Shown in pieces: positions 59,524-64,000 of a DNA stretch of 64,000 nt (position 1 is its first letter; every line of letters begins with the position of its first letter). The notes below the pieces were generated by a model, which saw only the letters and a list, made by a program, of their open reading frames with translations, was not told where the DNA came from and ran no database searches. Origin of the DNA: Ostreococcus lucimarinus (lineage: Eukaryota); the NCBI GenBank assembly GCA_000092065.1, contig CP000588.1; one strand, 5' to 3'. A program made the translations under genes and the position numbers.

Positions 59524-62190
59524 TTAGTTCGGTGGTTCGGAAGATCCACCACCCAAGGTGTCCAATGCCTTCATGAACGCCTCGTGGGCCTGAGGCGTTC
59601 CCGGTCCACGTGACGGGGCGCCGCTCGGCTGAACGCTAGAACCAAAACGATTCATCATCGATAGCCAAGCTGGGTTCATGGGCTGATTCATCATCGGGTG
59701 GGCACCAAACATGTTCATAGCCATTCGCGGTGCTGCCATGGATGGTGTAAAAGCACTTGTCAAGGCGGGTTGAAATCCAGACGCGGATGATACTGGAGTC
59801 ACGCGCGAGGTTTGCCCTTGCGTCCAAGGCATGGCGGATGCGTTGCTTGCTCCAGAACCTTGAGGCTGCGGTTGCGAGCCGCTCGCCGACGGTCTTTGCA
59901 CGGTCACTGCGCCCACTCTCGCACTCGCAGCTTGACGGGCGTTCCCATCATCTACGTATTGCAAGTCATTCAGCCAACGTTGCGTCACCTGCGTCTGCAG
60001 TGCCTGAACGCTCGCAACAGTAGCTGGTTCAGCCTTGACTCCGGTCAAGGTGGAATTGGACTTCGCACTCGTCGCGCTCTTTCCACCATTTTCACCCGTT
60101 CCGCCAGAGCCTCCAGAGTCAGAGTCGTTCGTCGGCGATTTCCTCGAAAGTTCCATAGTTTTCACCTGTTCGGAAACCTCGCGAACAAGCGCGTTGGCCA
60201 AAAATGGCAACTGCGTGGAAATCAAAGACGCAATCTCGGCCTGATTCAAGCCTTGACTTACTGCAGCGGTGGCGACAGCTGAAACGGATATTCCGATGCG
60301 CCATCCCGTGGTTTTGGCTAATGTCACAGCGATTTCTATCGCTTCTGAGCTATGACCAAGATTTTGGAGCACGATTTGCGCGACTTCTTCTCCAGCGCGC
60401 GACGCTACCATCCCGGCGTTATTCGCCGCATGGTCCACATCGAAGCCGACAACTTGAGTCATGAGTACCAATATCGCGCGTTGCATCTCGTTTTGTGCGT
60501 TGGCACCGTGCGCGATAGCAGCGGCGGTACTCAAAGCGTTTTTCTTCGCGGCATCTTTCACGGGAGCGGTGAGCGCTGCCGCACCGTCGGGTCGTTCTAC
60601 CCTTCTGCGACCACTTCCCTTTGGTAAATTGCGCTGCGTTCCGCCCTCGGTCCAGTACCTTTGGCACGATCGACAGTAATGTCGAGGTTGTGTCGGTAAC
60701 CCATTGTTGTAGTAACAAAATCGTGTCTTTTCCGAACCGCATCTTGCACACGGGCGATGCGAACTTTCCACCGGCTTGGAACCCGCGTCGACGGCGTTGA
60801 CGCCAGTCGTCGTTCGATCCTGCGTCGTAGTCGTTTTCCCCATCGCTTCCGCAGCAACTGCTGTGTCGGTTTTTGTTGACTCGTGCGCTTTCGTCCCCGT
60901 CTGCGTGCCTCGCGCCGGTGATAGCTGTTTTGTCGTGTTCCTGTCCGCCGGAGCCGCCTTATCCACTGTGCTCTTTTCTTCTGCGTCGTCGGCGACACCT
61001 TGTCTCGAGGCGTCGCTCGAGCCGTTGTTGCTGTTACCACCACTACCATTGTCACTCGTACCGGTCTTTTTCGGTGCGACCGCTGTCGCACCAGACGCGG
61101 TAGCGCCCGGTCGCTTCGAACTATTGCAAGGCCCGTCGGCGCGCTGCGAGACGTATCGTTGTTCGTTACCCGAATCCCCGCTCGATCGCGCGTCTGGATC
61201 TGCGTCGCTATTCGATCCCTTGCGACCGTTTTGGTCGCTTGACCCATCGTTAGAGCCGCCGTGTTTGCCATCGTCCGAAGTCGTGTCGCTGCTCGACACC
61301 GGCAGGTGCGAACGCTTCGTCCCGTGAGGATCCAGCTTTGCGGCGTTCGCCGCGCCGATGGCTTGCAACTCGGCGGCACTCAAGCTCGGCGCCATGCGCA
61401 TGGATTCAAAAATCGTGGCCAGCTTGGACATTGAAGTCGGTTTATCGACGTGACAGTCAAATGCCACAGAACTGGCGTGTTCTTTGAGCTCTTGGTCCGT
61501 GAGCGACGTCACGGCGATGATGGGCATACGCCTGAGCGCCTGCTTCTCCTCCATCGCTCGAATCCCCGTCGCGATTTCGTATCCATCCATCGTGGGCATC
61601 ATCAAATCCATCAAAATCCCTTGAATCTCCGCGTGATTTTCTCCGTACAATCGCAACGCCTCCGCGCCCTCGCCCGCCTCTATGCTTTGATAACCCATCT
61701 TTCCGATTTGCCCCGCCTGAAACTTTCGCACCGACGCCACGTCGTCCACGATCAACACCGACTTCCGATCATCCGTAGTCGTCGTCGCCGTCGCCGTCGC
61801 GCGCGTCGCACGTCTCCCCGTCGAAACCACGGGCGTCGTCATCGCCACCTCTCCCGTCCCTTTCCCTCCTTCCTCCTCGCGCGTCGGCAATCGCCCCTCG
61901 TCCCTGAGCGCCGCGAGCGCGTCTCGCAGCCGCCCGAGCGCGAAGCTCCCTCGCCCCTCGGGATCGACAATCTTTTCGCACCGTCGCAGCATATCGTCTT
62001 CGTGCGCCCCCACGTGCGCCCCGAGCGCTCTGACGAGCGCTCCCACGCGCGACGTCGGAATCTCCCCTCGCCGCGCGCGCGCGCCTCCGCGCGCCCCCGC
62101 GCTCGACCCCAACAGCGTCGCCGCCGCGCCGTACGCCCCCGCGATCTCGCGTTCGCTCGGCGCCTCTCCGACATCGCTCGCGCGCGCCAT
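59524..62190 (-). CDS. Response-regulator receiver (REC) domain fused to a Dof-type C2C2 zinc-finger DNA-binding domain; C-terminal Q/M/P-rich tail
   Basis: The REC domain (aa ~143-255, nt ~61428-61764) is [12 protein letters not shown]...[23 protein letters not shown]...IIAVTS...DCHVDKP, with the DD, phospho-acceptor D, T and K residues in place. The Dof domain (aa 479-530, nt ~60603-60756) is [46 protein letters not shown]. The C-terminal [21 protein letters not shown] looks like an activation region. The ATG is at 62190. Confidence 0.75.
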   Translation of the reverse strand: MARASDVGEAPSEREIAGAYGAAATLLGSSAGARGGARARRGEIPTSRVGALVRALGAHVGAHEDDMLRRCEKIVDPEGRGSFALGRLRDALAALRDEGRLPTREEEGGKGTGEVAMTTPVVSTGRRATRATATATTTTDDRKSVLIVDDVASVRKFQAGQIGKMGYQSIEAGEGAEALRLYGENHAEIQGILMDLMMPTMDGYEIATGIRAMEEKQALRRMPIIAVTSLTDQELKEHASSVAFDCHVDKPTSMSKLATIFESMRMAPSLSAAELQAIGAANAAKLDPHGTKRSHLPVSSSDTTSDDGKHGGSNDGSSDQNGRKGSNSDADPDARSSGDSGNEQRYVSQRADGPCNSSKRPGATASGATAVAPKKTGTSDNGSGGNSNNGSSDASRQGVADDAEEKSTVDKAAPADRNTTKQLSPARGTQTGTKAHESTKTDTAVAAEAMGKTTTTQDRTTTGVNAVDAGSKPVESSHRPCARCGSEKTRFCYYNNGLPTQPRHYCRSCQRYWTEGGTQRNLPKGSGRRRVERPDGAAALTAPVKDAAKKNALSTAAAIAHGANAQNEMQRAILVLMTQVVGFDVDHAANNAGMVASRAGEEVAQIVLQNLGHSSEAIEIAVTLAKTTGWRIGISVSAVATAAVSQGLNQAEIASLISTQLPFLANALVREVSEQVKTMELSRKSPTNDSDSGGSGGTGENGGKSATSAKSNSTLTGVKAEPATVASVQALQTQVTQRWLNDLQYVDDGNARQAASARVGAVTVQRPSASGSQPQPQGSGASNASAMPWTQGQTSRVTPVSSASGFQPALTSAFTPSMAAPRMAMNMFGAHPMMNQPMNPAWLSMMNRFGSSVQPSGAPSRGPGTPQAHEAFMKALDTLGGGSSEPPN

Positions 62191-62632
62191 GACGCCGCGA
62201 AATCATTTCTCCCTGTCTCCACCGATCGCGCGTCGCCCTCACCCCGTCGCGCGTCGCGCGCCGCCGTCGAATCGAATCGAATCCCCGACGCTTTTCGCCC
62301 GTCGCGCGGGTGCCGCGGACGAATGAATGCGCGCGCCTTCCCGCGCGCGACCGCCGTCGCGCCCGCGCCGATCCCTGAATCCGACGCGTGAATCTTTTCT
62401 CCGCGCACCGTCGCGTCGTCGCGTCGTCGTCGCGCGTCGCGCGTCGCGCGTCGTCGTGTGCGCGGTGACGCGCGCGAAAAAGCGCGCGCCGCGCGCGCGC
62501 GACCACGAAAAAGCGCGCGCGATCGCGCGCGCGCGAGATTGTCGTCGACGGCGTTCGCGCGTGTCTTTATACGAGTCTTTATCCGCGCCGAGCCATCCGA
62601 GCCCGTGCGATCTCATCCGATCGCGGCCGCGT

Positions 62633-62708
62633 CGAGACCCACGCGTGGCGACGCGCGGAGACCCACGCGTGGCGACGCGCGTCGAGACCCACGCGTGGCG
62701 ACGCGCGT
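62633..62708. promoter_or_regulatory. Three tandem ~25-bp repeats, each carrying the 10-bp palindrome CCACGCGTGG (ACGCGT core), in the divergent promoter between the REC-Dof and ArgRS genes
   Basis: The sequence is gagacccacgcgtggcgacgcgcg x3. Two GCGCGAAAAAGCGCGC (E2F-like TTTCGCGC) copies lie at about 62470-62520. A regulatory role is inference. Confidence 0.3.
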
Positions 62709-62775
62709 CGATCGACGCGCGGCGGCGCGCGCGAGACGGCGACGCGCGACGCGCGACGCGCGCGAGACGGCGACG

Positions 62776-63501
62776 ATGACGGCGCGCGCGGACGATGCGA
62801 TCGAAACGCTGGACCTCGCGGACGGCGCCGACCCGCTGCGCGCGGTGCTCGACGCGTGCGATCGCGAACTGCGCGCGTTCCTGACGCGAAAGTACGCGAG
62901 CGAAGCGCTCGACGCGTTTCCGAGATGCGCGCGGACGAAGAGCGCGGACGCGTGCGTGCAGTGGGCGCAGTTCGCGTCGAAGCGGAAGATGAATCCGAAG
63001 GAGGTGGCGGAGGAGGTGGCGAGGGAGTTCGGGGAGGAGGTGGCGAAGCGGCCGCGGCGAGGCGCGATCGTCGGGTGCGAGGCGGCGGGGGTGTACGTGA
63101 ACTTGAAAATGAATCGACCGATGGTGTTCGAGGCGACGATGAAGGCGGTGGCGAGACGGGGAGGAAAGTTTGGGCACACCGATGCGGCGAAGGGGAAGCG
63201 GGTGATCATCGAACACACGAGCTCGAACCCGAACGCGCCGCTGCACATCGGCAACCTGAGAAACGTCATGATCGGCGCGCACTTGTCGAGGATGATGAAG
63301 GCGTGCGGACACGACGTGAAGGAGGCGTTTTACGTCAATGATTTGGGCGCGCAAATCGGGTTGACGGCGTTGGCGTATTCGAGGATTTATGACAAGATGA
63401 CGCCATTCATGAAGATTGACCACTGGATCGGGGCGATGTACGCGGTGATGAACACGTGTCAAGAGTTGCAACAAGTGGGCGTGAAACCGGGCGAGCTCGA
63501 G
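62776..63501 (+). CDS. RARS: Arginyl-tRNA synthetase, exon 1 (N-terminal domain plus start of catalytic core)
   Basis: IIEHTSSNPNAPLHIGNLRNVMIGAHLSRMMKACGHDVKEAFYVNDLGAQIGL matches ArgRS [24 protein letters not shown]...YVNDWGTQFG, with HIGN in place of HVGH. It ends at a GAG|GTGCGT donor, phase 0. The first ATG is at 62776. Confidence 0.75.
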
Positions 63502-63736
63502 GTGCGTGCGCGATCGAGATGCGCGTGATGTGCGTTCGCGTCGCGTGTACGGCTATGATTAATGTGTTTTTTAACTCTCTTTCTTACTTGAACCGTGGAG
63601 AAAAACCATATTCACCTCTGACAATATGAGCCGTCGACGCGTCGCGAGACGAGGCGAACCGTTATGCGGACGAGTCGGGCCTTGACGAGAAAAATGTTTT
63701 TGACTAACGATGAATACGTTTTCGATATCACCGCAG

Positions 63737-64000
63737 GACGCGTGCAAAGCCGGGCAAGAAGCGGTGGACGCGCTCTTGAAGACGTCGCTCGCGGCGGTGG
63801 CGGGCGACGAGAAGAAGGAGAAGGGCGTCGCTGAATACTTTGATATTTACCAAGATCTTCGCGGACGATTCGAAAAGATGATGGTCGTCATGCTCGAAGA
63901 CATTCGCACGATCGACGATATCAAGGTTGAGGCCGGTAAGCTTAACTTGGCGTACGAGAAGCAAGAGCCTTGGGCTATTAAGATTTTCCGCAAAATGGTG
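63737..64000 (+). CDS. RARS: Arginyl-tRNA synthetase, exon 2 (continues past window end)
   Basis: After a 235-bp AT-rich intron ending CCGCAG the frame stays open to the window edge: DACKAGQEAVDALLK...YFDIYQDLRGRFEKMMVVMLEDIRTIDDIKVEAGKLNLAYEKQEPWAIKIFRKMV. This exon is only about 48% GC. Confidence 0.65.

Noticed and set aside
62239-63474. 411-aa minus ORF and other Arg-rich ORFs (61769..62506, 61839..62408, 62613..63269)
   Set aside because: They are antisense or alternative frames over the REC-Dof promoter and the ArgRS exon 1.
1-64000. CRISPR arrays, transposase or integrase genes, rRNA genes
   Set aside because: None were seen. The repeats present are microsatellites, coding minisatellites, one 154-bp tandem duplication and one 113-bp direct-repeat pair, none with CRISPR-like regular spacers. 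No transposase or reverse-transcriptase motifs were recognised in any frame.

Overview
This 64 kb window is very GC-rich (about 68-70% outside two low-GC segments) and densely packed with mostly intron-poor protein-coding genes on both strands. I interpret it as nuclear DNA of a GC-rich green alga, most likely a prasinophyte of the Micromonas/Ostreococcus type. The evidence is a plant-lineage Dof zinc finger, several plastid-type proteins with S/T/R-rich presequences (CcdA, bifunctional RibBA, flavodoxin, bacterial-type L34, a BSD2-like DnaJ zinc finger), an (SPPP)n hydroxyproline-rich glycoprotein, and short GC-rich introns with GTGCGT/GTACGC donors. I recognise about 35 genes.

Left to right they are: a Golgi-type sulfotransferase whose 3' end runs off the window, a MogA/MoaB-like protein, a MitoPLD-like HKD nuclease, a Patched/Dispatched-family sterol-sensing-domain (SSD) protein, a chalcone-isomerase (CHI)-fold protein, a two-exon RPS29, UTP13/TBL3, NSUN2, organellar L34, a 1951-aa protein made of five tandem bestrophin-like channel domains, snurportin, an RRM-RanBP2 zinc finger-RsmH fusion, a DnaJ-type zinc-finger protein, a J-domain/ferredoxin-like protein, a SpoU rRNA methyltransferase, CcdA, AP-3 mu, a cytochrome P450, UDP-glucose 4-epimerase, RRP8, a hypothetical gene, a two-exon flavodoxin, bifunctional RibBA, a class-II glutamine amidotransferase (GATase), SURF2, TRAPPC11, homoserine kinase, a DUF455 ferritin-like protein, WDR70, an ASPSCR1/TUG-like UBX protein, a two-exon NOC2, an HRGP, a response-regulator receiver (REC)-Dof fusion, and arginyl-tRNA synthetase (3' partial).

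The five things most worth a second look are: (1) the single-chain five-fold bestrophin repeat; (2) the receiver-Dof fusion; (3) a 2.8 kb low-GC island flanked by ~113 bp direct repeats that carries the flavodoxin gene; (4) the RRM/zinc-finger/RsmH fusion; (5) tandem-repeat arrays in two bidirectional promoters.

The supplied ORF track allows non-ATG starts and, because stop codons are rare in GC-rich DNA, contains many long antisense or out-of-frame ORFs that I reject. The start coordinates I give are the first plausible in-frame ATG and may be off. Splice sites are derived by eye and are good to about ±1-2 bp.
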